This document shows positions 20,517 to 31,855 of a DNA stretch of 64,000 nt, one piece after another. The position numbers and the translations under genes were made by a program. The notes under the pieces were generated by a model. The model saw only the letters and a list, made by a program, of their open reading frames with translations. It was not told the DNA's origin and made no database searches. Location of the stretch: NCBI RefSeq assembly GCF_054482525.1, contig NZ_CM137006.1, one strand, 5' to 3'. Every line of letters begins with the position of its first letter. The stretch's first letter is position 1.

Positions 20517-21572
20517 TCATAATCCCAGCACCAGTTGTCTTTCCATTTGAGGGTCAAGCAACGTCACATGCAGCCCCACCAGTCGCACACCGCGCCCGCC
20601 GCGGCGTTCATCCCAGGTTTTACGCGCGGTGGCGATTAGATCAGCTTTATTCAGCCGCGGCCAGACGTGCTCCTGAGTGGTTTGCTGAAAATCATCAAAC
20701 TTTAATTTCACCCCCTGGCGAGCAATCAGTAAATCAGGTTTCACCTTTGCCAGACGGCGTTCAAGTTCCGGATACAGCCGCTCGATAATCGCTTCACATT
20801 CAGACCAGTGATGAATATCTTCCGCCATCGTGCGTTCCACGCCGACGGATTTTCGCAACCGTTCGCTGTTAACATCGCGTTCGTCAATCCCCTGACTACG
20901 CTCCCACAAAATGCGGCCAAATTTGCCAAAGCGTTTAAGCAGCATCACCAGATCACACTTTTGTACATCACCGCAGGTCCGCAGCCCCATCGCTTCCAGT
21001 TTTGCCGCCGAGACTTTGCCGACGCCGGGGATTTTTGCCAGTGGTAAGGTTTGTAAAAATGCCGGAACTTCTGCCGGCGTAATCACAAACTGGCCGTTGG
21101 GTTTATTCATGTCGGAGGCGATTTTGGCGAGAAACTTTACTGGTGCCACGCCCGCAGACGCCGTCAGTTGCAGCTCGCTGAAAATCGTCTGGCGGATTTC
21201 CTGGGCGATGAGGGTCGCAGAACCGTGGCAATGGACGCTATCAGTGACATCGAGATAGGCTTCATCCAGTGACAACGGTTCAATACGCGAGGTGTAGCGC
21301 GAGAAGATTTCACGGATATGATTTGAGGCTTCTTTGTAGGCGTCAAAGCGCCCCGGAAGCAAGGTGAGATGTGGGCATAATTTGAGCGCCATCCCTGTCG
21401 GCATAGCGCTACGTACGCCAAATTTACGCGCGGGATAATTGGCGGTGCTGATCACCCCCCGACGTTCGCGGCTGCCGCCAATAGCAATAGGGATATCGCG
21501 CAGGGCGGGATTGTCGCGCATCTCCACCGCTGCGAAAAAGCAGTCCATATCCACATGAATGATTTTACGCAT
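20517..21572 (-). CDS. dinB: DNA polymerase IV (translesion polymerase)
   Basis: 351 aa translation matches DinB ([33 protein letters not shown]...). Confidence 0.95.
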   Translation of the reverse strand: MRKIIHVDMDCFFAAVEMRDNPALRDIPIAIGGSRERRGVISTANYPARKFGVRSAMPTGMALKLCPHLTLLPGRFDAYKEASNHIREIFSRYTSRIEPLSLDEAYLDVTDSVHCHGSATLIAQEIRQTIFSELQLTASAGVAPVKFLAKIASDMNKPNGQFVITPAEVPAFLQTLPLAKIPGVGKVSAAKLEAMGLRTCGDVQKCDLVMLLKRFGKFGRILWERSQGIDERDVNSERLRKSVGVERTMAEDIHHWSECEAIIERLYPELERRLAKVKPDLLIARQGVKLKFDDFQQTTQEHVWPRLNKADLIATARKTWDERRGGRGVRLVGLHVTLLDPQMERQLVLGL

Positions 21573-21588
21573 TGCTCACCTCTCAACA

Positions 21589-21604
21589 CTGGTAAAGTAT
21601 ACAG
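21589..21604 (-). promoter_or_regulatory. LexA (SOS) box upstream of dinB: CTGTATACTTTACCAG
   Basis: Reverse complement of 21589..21604 gives a CTG-N10-CAG motif matching the LexA consensus, about 17 bp upstream of the dinB start. Confidence 0.8.
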
Positions 21605-21642
21605 TGATTTCAGGGTTTGAGAAATGCGTAAAGATTCAGCAT

Positions 21643-22430
21643 CTAGCGCGTTCGCTGCGAATGCACCTGCTGCTTATCCAGCTTTTGCACCAGCGGCTGC
21701 ACCACTTTATCCCCATGCTGACCAAAGTATTGATACAGCGTATCGGACGCACTTTTGGTCAGCACCATAATCTCAATGCGTCGGTTGCCCGCGCTTTGCG
21801 GATTTTTCGCGTCCAGCAGCATCTGGTCCGCCATCGCGCTCACCTGCATCACTTTATCTTCCGGCATTCCGGCCTCTTCCAGCACCCGACGAGCCGAAAG
21901 CGCGCGATCGCCCGAAAGGTTCCAGTTGTTGTAGATATTGTTTTTGTAGGCCATCGCATCGGTATGCCCGGTAATAATAATTTTGTTATCGAGCGAGTCG
22001 AACACTGGCGCGAGCTCCACCAGCAAAGTTTTAAAGAACGGCATAATCTGTGCGCTGCCGCGTTCAAACATATTGCGGTTCTGGTCATCTTTAATCAGCA
22101 CGCGCAGTCCCTGGGGAACAATCTCCATCTCCAGATTCGCTTCCATATGTGCATCACGGGCAATGGTGTTGATACTGGTCGCCAGCTCGCCAAGCTCAGT
22201 GGCTGATTTCTTCTTCAGCAGCGCCGTTTTCTCATTGACGTCACGCGCTTTTTTCTCCGTCTCTTCCGGCACCGCCACGGTGGCAGGTTTTGGCGGATGA
22301 GACGGGCTGATTTTATTTAACGGCGACAACCCGCCGCCATTGAAAATCGACTGCCCGTGCAGCGCGGCGATAATGCTTTCACGCTCGGATTTACTGACGC
22401 TGTTGACAATCAACTTTATCGTCGTCACCA
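21643..22430 (-). pseudogene. lafU: lateral flagellar MotB-like motor protein, 5'-truncated remnant
   Basis: ORF 21643..22533 has an OmpA-like MotB C-terminal domain but no N-terminal TM segment; 5' end overlaps lfhA remnant. Boundary approximate. Confidence 0.6.
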
Positions 22431-24112
22431 AAGGGGCCGAGCGTATTTCCGAGGTTTCTGCCCGCTTTACCTTAGACGCGATGCCCGGTAAACAGATGGC
22501 GATTGACGCCGATCTTAACGCTGGGTTGATCAACCAGGCGCAGGCGCAAACCCGGCGTAAAGATGTTGCCAGCGAGGCCGATTTCTACGGCGCGATGGAC
22601 GGGGCATCGAAGTTTGTGCGCGGGGACGCCATCGCCGGGATGATGATTCTGGCGATCAACCTGATCGGCGGCGTCTGTATCGGCATCTTCAAATACAACC
22701 TGAGCGCCGACGCCGCCTTCCAGCAGTATGTGCTGATGACCATCGGCGACGGGCTGGTGGCGCAGATCCCGTCCCTGCTGCTCTCCACCGCGGCGGCAAT
22801 TATCGTCACCCGCGTCAGCGACAATGGCGATATCGCCCATGACGTGCGCCACCAGCTGCTGGCAAGCCCGTCGGTGCTCTACACCGCCACCGGGATCATG
22901 TTTGTGCTGGCGGTGGTGCCGGGGATGCCGCATCTGCCATTTTTGCTGTTCAGCGCCCTGCTGGGTTTTACCGGCTGGCGGATGAGCAAACGCCCGCAGG
23001 CGGCGGAGGCGGAGGAGAAAAGCCTCGAAACGCTGACCCGCACCATCACCGAAACCAGCGAGCAACAGGTCAGTTGGGAGACTATTCCGCTGATCGAACC
23101 CATCAGTTTAAGCCTCGGTTACAAACTGGTGGCGCTGGTCGATAAAGCGCAGGGTAACCCACTCACCCAGCGTATTCGCGGCGTGCGGCAAGTGATATCC
23201 GACGGCAACGGCGTGCTGCTGCCGGAGATCCGTATTCGGGAAAACTTCCGCCTCAAGCCCAACCAGTACGCCATATTCATCAACGGCATTAAGGCCGATG
23301 AAGCGGATATTCCGGCGGATAAACTGATGGCCCTGCCCTCCAGCGAAACCTACGGCGAGATTGACGGCGTGCTGGGGAACGACCCGGCGTACGGGATGCC
23401 GGTCACCTGGATTCAGCCTGCGCAGAAAGCGAAGGCGCTGAATATGGGGTATCAGGTGATCGACAGCGCCAGCGTGATTGCCACCCATGTGAACAAGATT
23501 GTCCGCAGCTATATTCCTGATTTGTTTAACTATGACGATATTACTCAGCTGCATAACCGTTTGTCGTCGATGGCACCGCGACTGGCGGAAGATTTGAGCG
23601 CGGCGCTCAATTACAGCCAGTTGCTGAAAGTGTACCGCGCGCTGCTGACCGAAGGCGTTTCCCTGCGCGATATCGTCACTATCGCCACCGTGCTGGTCGC
23701 CAGTAGCACAGTGACCAAAGATCATATCCTGCTGGCGGCCGATGTGCGCCTGGCATTGCGGCGCAGCATTACCCATCCGTTCGTTCGCAAGCAGGAGCTG
23801 GCGGTGTATACGCTGAATAATGAACTGGAAAATCTGCTGACCAACGTGGTGAATCAGGCGCAACAGGGCGGGAAAGTGATGCTCGACAGCGTGCCGGTCG
23901 ATCCGAATATGCTCAACCAGTTCCAGAGTACGATGCCGCAGGTAAAAGAGCAGATGAAAGCGGCGGGGAAAGACCCGGTGCTGCTGGTGCCGCCGCAGTT
24001 GCGTCCTTTGCTGGCGCGTTATGCAAGGTTGTTTGCGCCGGGGTTGCATGTGCTGTCGTATAACGAAGTGCCGGACGAGCTGGAGTTGAAGATTATGGGG
24101 GCGTTGAGTTGA
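22400..24112 (+). pseudogene. lfhA: lateral flagellar export protein FlhA homologue, 5'-truncated remnant
   Basis: ORF 22340..24112; FlhA-like sequence begins around INFIVVTKGAERISEVSARFTLDAMPGKQMAIDADLNAG, so roughly the first 130 aa are missing. Boundary approximate. Confidence 0.6.
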
Positions 24113-24142
24113 TGGGGGAGACTATATAAGGTCTCGGACTGT

Positions 24143-24230
24143 CCCCTCGCCCCTTTGGGGAGAGGGTTAGGGTGAGGGGAAAGTGCGCGCTGAGTCCCTC
24201 ACCCCGGCCCTCTCCCCAAAGGGGCGAGGG
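24143..24230. repeat. inverted pair of a ~35-bp GC-rich palindromic unit (REP/BoxC-like intergenic repeat)
   Basis: 24143..24178 is the reverse complement of 24196..24230 apart from 2-3 nt; a related unit recurs at 26879..26916. Confidence 0.6.
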
Positions 24231-24273
24231 AGAAAAACGTGTACGACTTTAACTTTTTCGCAGTATTGCCGTC

Positions 24274-25032
24274 CTACAAAATCGTCTCTTCCGTCAAAAT
24301 CCTGCGCGCGCCTAAAAAATGATCCTGCCAGAAAGGTTCAGCTAACCGACTTACCCGAATGGTTTCCCCCGTGCGCGGCGACTCGATAAACTGACCGTCT
24401 CCCAGATACACGCCCATATGATCGGCAATCTCGCGGCTGTGGATATGGAAAAACAGCAAATCTCCCCGGCGCAGGTCGTTGTTCGCCACAATCGTTGCCC
24501 GATGGTAGTGATACATCTCATTGGCCGTGCGCGGGAGCTTCGCCTCGAGGATCTTGTTGTAGGCATAAAAAACCAACCCGCTACAGTCGAAGCCTTGATC
24601 GGGCCGCGTGCCGCCCCAGACGTAAGGCTTGCCAAGCTGCTGCTCCAGGCGGTAAATCGCCACTTCGGTGATGTTGTGTAGATGGTCGCTGCTTAAGAAA
24701 TGGTTGTTCTCCGCCAGCGCCTGCCAGCGTCTGTCACTTGCCTTGAGCGGCGCAGGAAACCATTCTGGATGCTGTTTTATCTGTTCGCGGTTGTGCTGGC
24801 GCAGCGCCTTTCTGCTTTCGGCATTGCCTTCCACAATATAGCTGGCCTGTTTTTTCAGATGGGTTTGGTACTGTTTTAATAAACGCGCACGGTTTTGCAT
24901 CCGCTGGCGGGCGGCGTAGCTGAAAGAGATATGTGATGTGGTGGCGCTGGCGAGTAAAGGGAGCAAAACGCATAACGAAAACACGCCTGGATGCAGAAAT
25001 CTGCCGAGCAAGAACGAAGACATGAAGGACAT
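24274..25032 (-). CDS. yafL: NlpC/P60-family peptidase YafL
   Basis: 252 aa with signal peptide and NlpC/P60 motifs (KPYVWGGTRPDQGFDCSGLVFYAY ... ADHMGVYLGDGQFIES). Confidence 0.85.
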   Translation of the reverse strand: MSFMSSFLLGRFLHPGVFSLCVLLPLLASATTSHISFSYAARQRMQNRARLLKQYQTHLKKQASYIVEGNAESRKALRQHNREQIKQHPEWFPAPLKASDRRWQALAENNHFLSSDHLHNITEVAIYRLEQQLGKPYVWGGTRPDQGFDCSGLVFYAYNKILEAKLPRTANEMYHYHRATIVANNDLRRGDLLFFHIHSREIADHMGVYLGDGQFIESPRTGETIRVSRLAEPFWQDHFLGARRILTEETIL

Positions 25033-25323
25033 AAACCGGCTGAATGAAGGTGAGAATTTTAAAAGACCAGAGGAGTAAACGGGATTATTAATTGCTTATT
25101 TGCATATTACTATTGAGGTTTCATAATCTTAGGAAATAAATGATACATGCGCTTTTCGGACTATTGAAAACTGCCCCTGTGCTAAATTTGTAAACCCTGC
25201 GCCGACAGGCTTGCGTAAAACTCTTTTGGTGATAATGTGAGCCTTCCCAATCCAGACTATTCCGATTTGGGATCCATTTTGCCGTCCTGGCGTGTGTAAC
25301 CGTTTTATCAAGGAATAAGCAGT

Positions 25324-26064
25324 ATGCGTAAAATCGCATTAATTCTTGCGATGTTGTTGATCCCGTGCGTTTCGTTTGCCGGTTTGCTGGGCAGCAGTAG
25401 CTCAACCACGCCAGTGAGCAAAGAGTATAAGCAGCAGTTGATGGGATCCCCTGTCTACATCCAGATCTTCAAGGAAGAACGTACGCTCGATCTCTACGTC
25501 AAAATGGGCGAGCAATATCAACTGCTCGACAGCTATAAAATCTGTAAATATTCCGGCGGCTTAGGGCCAAAACAGCGTCAGGGCGATTTCAAAAGCCCGG
25601 AAGGGTTTTATAGCGTCCAGCGTAATCAGTTAAAACCAGACAGCCGTTACTACAAAGCAATTAATATTGGATTCCCCAATGCCTATGACCGTGCGCATGG
25701 TTATGAAGGGAAATACCTGATGATCCACGGCGATTGTGTTTCCATCGGCTGCTACGCGATGACCAATCAGGGTATTGATGAGATCTTCCAGTTCGTTACT
25801 GGTGCGCTGGTGTTTGGTCAGCCGAGCGTGCAAGTGAGTATTTACCCGTTCCGCATGACCGACGCCAATATGAAGCGCCATAAGTATTCCAACTTTAAGG
25901 ACTTCTGGGAGCAACTGAAACCGGGCTACGACTACTTTGAGCAAACCCGTAAGCCACCGACCGTTTCTGTGGTCAATGGCCGTTACGTGGTCAGCAAGCC
26001 GTTAAGCCACGAAGTTGTGCAACCACAGCTGGCATCAAACTACACGCTCCCCGAGGCAAAATAA
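25324..26064 (+). CDS. yafK: L,D-transpeptidase-family periplasmic protein YafK
   Basis: 246 aa, signal peptide [19 protein letters not shown]; YkuD-type active-site region [14 protein letters not shown]. Confidence 0.9.
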   Translation: MRKIALILAMLLIPCVSFAGLLGSSSSTTPVSKEYKQQLMGSPVYIQIFKEERTLDLYVKMGEQYQLLDSYKICKYSGGLGPKQRQGDFKSPEGFYSVQRNQLKPDSRYYKAINIGFPNAYDRAHGYEGKYLMIHGDCVSIGCYAMTNQGIDEIFQFVTGALVFGQPSVQVSIYPFRMTDANMKRHKYSNFKDFWEQLKPGYDYFEQTRKPPTVSVVNGRYVVSKPLSHEVVQPQLASNYTLPEAK

Positions 26065-26802
26065 GCGCCATTCGCCTGGCATAATCTTTTGCCAGGTTTC
26101 ATTGCCCGTCAGCGGCTGTGTCGCAATCACCGTGACCACATCATTCGGTGTGGTCTGCGAGCTGAAGTCGATTTCCACATCCTGATCCAGCAACGTTGCC
26201 ACGCCAAACGGCGCGCGGCGGGTGATCCAGTGTAAATTAGTCGAGCAATACGCCATTACATAGCGCCCGTCCGAAAGCAGCATGTTGAAAACGCCCTTCT
26301 GCCGCAGTTCATCCGCCAGTGAGGCGATATATTTAAACACTGCCGCCATGTTGCCCGGTGTGCGCGGGTAACGCTGCGTTAATTTATGCAGGAGCCAGCA
26401 GAAGGCTTTTTCGCTGTCGGTTTCACCGACCGGGCGGAAGTTGCCGGTTTCCAGTGATTTATAGCCCGTCAGTTGTCCGTTATGGGCATAAGTCCAGTTA
26501 CGCCCCCATAACTCGCGGGTAAACGGGTGAGTATTTTCCAGCGCCACCTCGCCCCGATTCGCCTGGCGAATATGAGCCACCACCGAACAGGATTTTATCG
26601 GGTAGTCCTGGACAAGTTTGGCGATGGGGGAATTAAAGCTGGGTTGTGGATCTTTAAATGTGCGACAGCCTTTACCTTCGTAAAAGGTGATGCCCCAGCC
26701 ATCTTTATGTGGCCCGGTTCCACCACCACGCTGTACAAGCCCGGTGAAACTAAAGCAGATATCGGTAGGGACGTTGGCGCTCATCCCGAGCAATTCGCAC
26801 AT
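26035..26802 (-). CDS. yafJ: class II glutamine amidotransferase YafJ
   Basis: ORF 26035..26817; likely start MCELLGMS at 26802 (N-terminal Cys nucleophile after Met). Confidence 0.9.
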   Translation of the reverse strand: MCELLGMSANVPTDICFSFTGLVQRGGGTGPHKDGWGITFYEGKGCRTFKDPQPSFNSPIAKLVQDYPIKSCSVVAHIRQANRGEVALENTHPFTRELWGRNWTYAHNGQLTGYKSLETGNFRPVGETDSEKAFCWLLHKLTQRYPRTPGNMAAVFKYIASLADELRQKGVFNMLLSDGRYVMAYCSTNLHWITRRAPFGVATLLDQDVEIDFSSQTTPNDVVTVIATQPLTGNETWQKIMPGEWRLFCLGERVV

Positions 26803-26878
26803 GGGTAACCTCCACAACAGCGGGAGCGCATGGCCCCCGGCGAAGATTGATTAAAAAGTAAAAAGGTGCAGGCTGTTA

Positions 26879-26916
26879 CCCTCACCCCGGCCCTCTCCCT
26901 GAAAGAGAGAGGGAGA
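26879..26916. repeat. third copy of the GC-rich palindromic unit (ccctcaccccggccctctccc...)
   Basis: Shares the ccctcaccccggccctctccc core with the units at 24143-24230. Confidence 0.5.
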
Positions 26917-26923
26917 AAAGACC

Positions 26924-27502
26924 TTACTTAACCATCTCTTTTTCAATTAACTGGATCAGGATATGGATAACTTTAATGTGGATCTCCTGAATGCGGTCGG
27001 CATAACCAAAGTGCGGTACGCGAATTTCGATATCCGCTGTGCCAGCCATTTTACCGCCGTCTTTACCGGTCAGGGTGATCACTTTCATCCCCTTCTCACG
27101 CGCCGCCGCGATCGCTTTGATCACGTTTGCAGAGTTACCGGAGGTGGAGATCCCCAGCAGTACATCGCCTTCGCGACCTACCGCTTCAACGTAACGGGAG
27201 AAAATATCATTGAAACCAAAATCGTTACCGACGCAGGAAATATGACTAACGTCAGAAATGGCAATCGCCGGGTAGCCCGGACGGTTTTCACGGTAGCGAC
27301 CGGTCAACTCTTCAGCAAAGTGCATAGCGTCGCAATGGGAGCCGCCGTTGCCGCAGGAAAGCACTTTGCCACCGGCTTTAAAGCTGTCTGCTAACAGGAC
27401 CGCCGCGCGCTGAATGGCGTGAATATTGGCGTCATCTTTTAAAAAGTTAGCCAGCGTTTCCGCCGCTTCGTTCAGTTCGTTACGAATAAGATCCTGGTAC
27501 AT
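26924..27502 (-). CDS. gmhA: phosphoheptose isomerase GmhA
   Basis: ORF 26924..27664; GmhA-like sequence starts at [21 protein letters not shown] (192 aa), SIS domain. Confidence 0.95.
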
Positions 27503-27741
27503 GAGGATATCCTTCAGCATAAATGTAATAGACAAAATGCAGTGTACCGGATACCGCCAAAAGCGAGAAGTACGGGCAGGTGCTATGACCAGGACTTTTT
27601 GACCTGAAGTGCGGATAAAAACAGCAACAATGTGAGCTTTGTTGTAATTATATTGTAAACACATTGCTAAATGTTTTTACATCCACTACAACCATATCAT
27701 CACAAGTGGTCAGACCTCCTACAAGTAAGGGGCTTTTCGTT

Positions 27742-30186
27742 ATGATGATTTTGAGTATTCTCGCTACGGTTGTCCTGCTCGGCGCGTTGTTCTATCACCG
27801 CGTGAGCTTATTTATCAGCAGTCTGATTTTGCTCGCCTGGACAGCCGCCCTCGGCGTTGCTGGTCTGTGGTCGGCGTGGGTACTGGTGCCTCTGGCCATT
27901 ATCCTCGTGCCATTTAACTTTGCGCCTATGCGTAAGTCGATGATTTCCGCGCCGGTATTTCGCGGTTTCCGTAAGGTAATGCCGCCGATGTCGCGCACTG
28001 AGAAAGAAGCAATCGACGCAGGCACCACATGGTGGGAAGGCGATTTGTTCCAGGGCAAGCCGGACTGGAAAAAGCTGCATAACTATCCGCAGCCGCGCCT
28101 GACCGCAGAAGAGCAAGCGTTTCTCGACGGCCCGGTAGAAGAAGCCTGCCGGATGGCGAATGATTTCCAGATTACTCATGAGCTGGCTGATTTGCCGCCG
28201 GAGTTGTGGGCGTACCTTAAAGAGCATCGTTTCTTCGCGATGATCATCAAAAAAGAGTACGGCGGGCTGGAGTTCTCGGCTTATGCCCAGTCTCGCGTGC
28301 TGCAAAAACTCTCCGGCGTGAGCGGGATCCTGGCGATTACCGTCGGCGTGCCAAACTCATTAGGCCCGGGTGAGCTACTGCAACATTACGGCACTGACGA
28401 GCAGAAAGATCACTATCTGCCGCGTCTGGCGCGTGGTCAGGAAATCCCTTGCTTTGCACTGACCAGCCCGGAAGCGGGTTCCGATGCGGGCGCGATTCCG
28501 GATACCGGGATTGTCTGCATGGGTGAATGGCAGGGCCAGCAGGTGCTGGGAATGCGTCTGACCTGGAACAAACGCTACATTACGCTGGCACCGATTGCGA
28601 CTGTGCTTGGCCTGGCATTTAAACTCTCCGACCCGGAAAAACTGCTGGGTGGCGCAGAAGATTTAGGTATTACCTGTGCGCTGATCCCGACTACCACGCC
28701 GGGCGTGGAAATTGGTCGTCGCCACTTCCCGCTGAACGTACCGTTCCAGAACGGACCGACGCGAGGTAAAGATGTGTTCGTGCCGATCGATTACATCATC
28801 GGCGGGCCGAAAATGGCCGGGCAAGGCTGGCGGATGCTGGTGGAGTGCCTCTCGGTAGGCCGCGGCATCACCCTGCCTTCCAACTCAACCGGCGGCGTGA
28901 AATCGGTAGCGCTGGCAACGGGTGCGTATGCGCACATTCGCCGTCAGTTCAAAATTTCTATTGGTAAGATGGAAGGGATTGAAGAGCCGCTGGCGCGTAT
29001 TGCCGGTAATGCCTATGTGATGGATGCTGCGGCCTCGCTGATTACCTACGGCATTATGCTCGGTGAAAAACCTGCCGTGCTGTCGGCTATCGTTAAGTAT
29101 CACTGTACCCACCGCGGGCAGCAGTCGATTATTGATGCGATGGATATCACTGGTGGCAAAGGCATTATGCTCGGGCAGAGCAACTTCCTGGCGCGTGCTT
29201 ATCAGGGCGCGCCGATTGCCATCACCGTTGAAGGGGCTAACATTCTGACCCGCAGCATGATGATCTTCGGACAAGGAGCGATTCGTTGCCATCCGTACGT
29301 GCTGGAAGAGATGGAAGCGGCGAAGAACAATGACGTCAACGCGTTCGATAAACTGCTGTTCAAACATATCGGTCACGTCGGTAGCAACAAAGTTCGCAGC
29401 TTCTGGCTGGGCCTGACGCGCGGTTTAACCAGCAGCACGCCAACCGGTGATGCCACTAAACGCTACTATCAACACCTGAACCGCCTGAGCGCCAACCTCG
29501 CCCTGCTTTCTGATGTCTCGATGGCTGTGCTGGGCGGCAGCCTGAAACGTCGCGAGCGTATCTCGGCACGTCTGGGGGATATTTTAAGCCAGCTTTACCT
29601 CGCCTCTGCCGTTCTGAAGCGTTATGACGACGAAGGCCGTAATGAAGCCGATCTGCCGCTGGTGCACTGGGGCGTACAGGATGCGCTGTATCAGGCAGAA
29701 CAGGCGATGGACGATTTACTGCAAAACTTCCCGAACCGCGTGGTTGCCGGGCTGCTGAATGTGGTGATCTTCCCGACCGGACGTCATTATCTGGCACCTT
29801 CTGACAAGCTGGATCATAAGGTGGCGAAGATTTTACAAGTGCCGAACGCCACCCGTTCACGTATTGGTCGCGGTCAGTACCTGACGCCGAGCGAGCATAA
29901 CCCGGTTGGTTTACTGGAAGAGGCGCTGGTGGATGTGATTGCCGCCGACCCAATTCATCAGCGGATCTGTAAAGAGCTGGGTAAAAACCTGCCGTTTACC
30001 CGTCTGGATGAACTGGCGCATAACGCGCTGGCGAAGGGGCTGATTGATAAAGATGAAGCCGCTATTCTTGTGAAAGCTGAAGAAAGCCGTCTGCGCAGTA
30101 TTAATGTTGATGACTTTGATCCGGAAGAGCTTGCGACGAAGCCGGTAAAGTTGCCGGAGAAAGTGCGAAAAGTTGAAGCCGCGTAA
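27742..30186 (+). CDS. fadE: acyl-CoA dehydrogenase FadE
   Basis: ORF 27664..30186; FadE-like sequence starts at [24 protein letters not shown] (814 aa). Confidence 0.95.
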   Translation: MMILSILATVVLLGALFYHRVSLFISSLILLAWTAALGVAGLWSAWVLVPLAIILVPFNFAPMRKSMISAPVFRGFRKVMPPMSRTEKEAIDAGTTWWEGDLFQGKPDWKKLHNYPQPRLTAEEQAFLDGPVEEACRMANDFQITHELADLPPELWAYLKEHRFFAMIIKKEYGGLEFSAYAQSRVLQKLSGVSGILAITVGVPNSLGPGELLQHYGTDEQKDHYLPRLARGQEIPCFALTSPEAGSDAGAIPDTGIVCMGEWQGQQVLGMRLTWNKRYITLAPIATVLGLAFKLSDPEKLLGGAEDLGITCALIPTTTPGVEIGRRHFPLNVPFQNGPTRGKDVFVPIDYIIGGPKMAGQGWRMLVECLSVGRGITLPSNSTGGVKSVALATGAYAHIRRQFKISIGKMEGIEEPLARIAGNAYVMDAAASLITYGIMLGEKPAVLSAIVKYHCTHRGQQSIIDAMDITGGKGIMLGQSNFLARAYQGAPIAITVEGANILTRSMMIFGQGAIRCHPYVLEEMEAAKNNDVNAFDKLLFKHIGHVGSNKVRSFWLGLTRGLTSSTPTGDATKRYYQHLNRLSANLALLSDVSMAVLGGSLKRRERISARLGDILSQLYLASAVLKRYDDEGRNEADLPLVHWGVQDALYQAEQAMDDLLQNFPNRVVAGLLNVVIFPTGRHYLAPSDKLDHKVAKILQVPNATRSRIGRGQYLTPSEHNPVGLLEEALVDVIAADPIHQRICKELGKNLPFTRLDELAHNALAKGLIDKDEAAILVKAEESRLRSINVDDFDPEELATKPVKLPEKVRKVEAA

Positions 30187-30195
30187 TTGAATAAC

Positions 30196-30219
30196 GGAGC
30201 CGAAAGGCTCCGTTTCTTT
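30196..30219. terminator. rho-independent terminator after fadE (ggagccgaaaggctcc hairpin + gtttcttt)
   Basis: Hairpin and T-run read directly; lies between convergent fadE and ivy. Confidence 0.65.
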
Positions 30220-30228
30220 ATCCGCTAA

Positions 30229-30702
30229 TTATTTAAAATTAAAGCCATCCGGATGGTTTTCCAGGCTGCCGGTCAACGCCGCGAACAGCACCGTTTTACG
30301 ATCAATCGAAAGCGCATCGTTCACATTCAACCAGGTGAGTTTCTCTTGCGATGTTTTCTCATCAATGGTCGAGAACAGCCCCGTCATCTGATTAGATTTC
30401 TCGGACCACATCACAGCGATACGTTGCGAGCCACAGTCATGCGGTTTGCACGCGCTCATAACCTGATACGTCTCATCTCCCAACGTTACGGTTTGTGCGG
30501 GAGTATAAGTACCGCCTTTCATCACCCATGCAGGTAGCTTATGCCCTTGCACCATCTGATTAAACGCAGCTTTGGTGGTTTCGCCCTTTGCAAGGCTGCT
30601 AATGGTTAAATCATCCTGCGCCATTGCACTGGTGGCGATGACCAGTGCGGCGACTGTCGTTATTGCCTTAAACATCATTCCTCCCGAGCTTATCCTGCCC
30701 AT
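30229..30702 (-). CDS. ivy: inhibitor of vertebrate lysozyme Ivy
   Basis: 157 aa translation matches Ivy (…MMFKAITTVAALVIATSAMAQDDLT…CKPHDCG…). Confidence 0.9.
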   Translation of the reverse strand: MGRISSGGMMFKAITTVAALVIATSAMAQDDLTISSLAKGETTKAAFNQMVQGHKLPAWVMKGGTYTPAQTVTLGDETYQVMSACKPHDCGSQRIAVMWSEKSNQMTGLFSTIDEKTSQEKLTWLNVNDALSIDRKTVLFAALTGSLENHPDGFNFK

Positions 30703-30855
30703 GTTATTAACCTCCTAAAGCCTGGCGATAACACGATAATTTGCAAATCAGATATTTCCAATATCAGCATTTGTTATCAATTTATTCTGCGCTAAGGCAA
30801 CTGCCTGATAAGGTGTTAAAGTTATAAAACCCTTCGCATAAAGGAGTTGTACACC

Positions 30856-31626
30856 GTGCCTGGTTTGAAGATTACGCTTTTGCAGCAACCACTGGTGTGG
30901 ATGGATGGTCCTGCCAACCTGCGCCATTTTGATCGTCAACTGGAAGGTATTACCGGACGCGATGTGATCGTTCTACCGGAGATGTTTACCAGCGGCTTTG
31001 CCATGGAAGCGGCAGCTTCGTCGCTAGCACAAGATGACGTAGTGAACTGGATGACAGCCAAAGCGCAGCAGTGCAATGCGCTGATTGCAGGCAGTGTTGC
31101 ATTACAAACGGAGTCTGGTTCGGTTAACCGCTTTTTGCTGGTTGAGCCGGGCGGCACGGTACATTTTTATGATAAGCGTCATCTGTTCCGCATGGCAGAT
31201 GAGCATCTGCATTATAAAGCGGGCAATGAGCGAGTGATTGTGGAATGGCGCGGCTGGCGTATTTTACCGCTGGTGTGCTACGACTTACGTTTTCCGGTGT
31301 GGTCGCGCAATCTCAACGATTATGACCTCGCCATCTACGTTGCCAACTGGCCTGCCCCGCGCTCTCTGCACTGGCAGGCATTGCTGACGGCCCGTGCGAT
31401 TGAGAATCAGGCGTATGTGGCGGGATGTAATCGCGTCGGCAGCGATGGCAACGGCTGCCATTATCGCGGTGACAGCCGGGTGATTAATCCACAAGGTGAG
31501 ATTATCGCTACTGCCGACGCTCATCAGGCAACGCGCATTGATGCGGAACTGTCGATGATGGCGTTGCGGGAGTATAGAGAAAAGTTTCCGGCATGGCGGG
31601 ATGCGGATGAGTTTAGGTTGTGGTGA
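30856..31626 (+). CDS. yafV: C-N hydrolase (omega-amidase) YafV
   Basis: ORF 30847..31626; YafV-like sequence begins at the GTG at 30856 (PGLKITLLQQPLVWMDGPANL...). Confidence 0.9.
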   Translation: MPGLKITLLQQPLVWMDGPANLRHFDRQLEGITGRDVIVLPEMFTSGFAMEAAASSLAQDDVVNWMTAKAQQCNALIAGSVALQTESGSVNRFLLVEPGGTVHFYDKRHLFRMADEHLHYKAGNERVIVEWRGWRILPLVCYDLRFPVWSRNLNDYDLAIYVANWPAPRSLHWQALLTARAIENQAYVAGCNRVGSDGNGCHYRGDSRVINPQGEIIATADAHQATRIDAELSMMALREYREKFPAWRDADEFRLW

Positions 31627-31664
31627 GTGGGTGTTGTGTTTAGGGGCGGGGTAAGACTACGGGT

Positions 31665-31721
31665 CAGGGCAAGATTACGAAAGCCCGCTCCCCGCAAGGA
31701 CTGATGCCAGGTAGTTTCTGT
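31665..31721. repeat. ~57-bp direct repeat copy 1 (duplicate of the H-repeat element 3' end)
   Basis: cagggcaagattacgaaagcccgctccccgcaaggactgatgccaggtagtttctgt recurs with 2 mismatches at 31798..31855. Confidence 0.7.
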
Positions 31722-31797
31722 GAGTCTGTTTACCATTCTGTGTAAATGCCTTTCTCAGAAGTGACCGTCAAGGCGGTCACCGAATTCGATAATAAAG

Positions 31798-31855
31798 CCA
31801 GGGCAAGATTACGAAAGCCCGCTCCCTGCAAGGACTGACGCCAGGTAGTTTCTGT
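31798..31855. repeat. ~57-bp direct repeat copy 2, overlapping the 3' end of the H-repeat transposase gene
   Basis: Near-identical to 31665..31721; overlaps the stop codon region of the ORF at 31809..32945. Confidence 0.7.

Noticed and set aside
22472-23065. 197-aa minus-strand ORF within the lfhA remnant
   Set aside because: Gly/Arg/His-rich antisense artefact with no domain signal.
23108-24049. 313-aa minus-strand ORF antisense to the lfhA remnant
   Set aside because: Arg/His/Gln-rich low-complexity translation; the plus-strand frame gives recognisable FlhA sequence.
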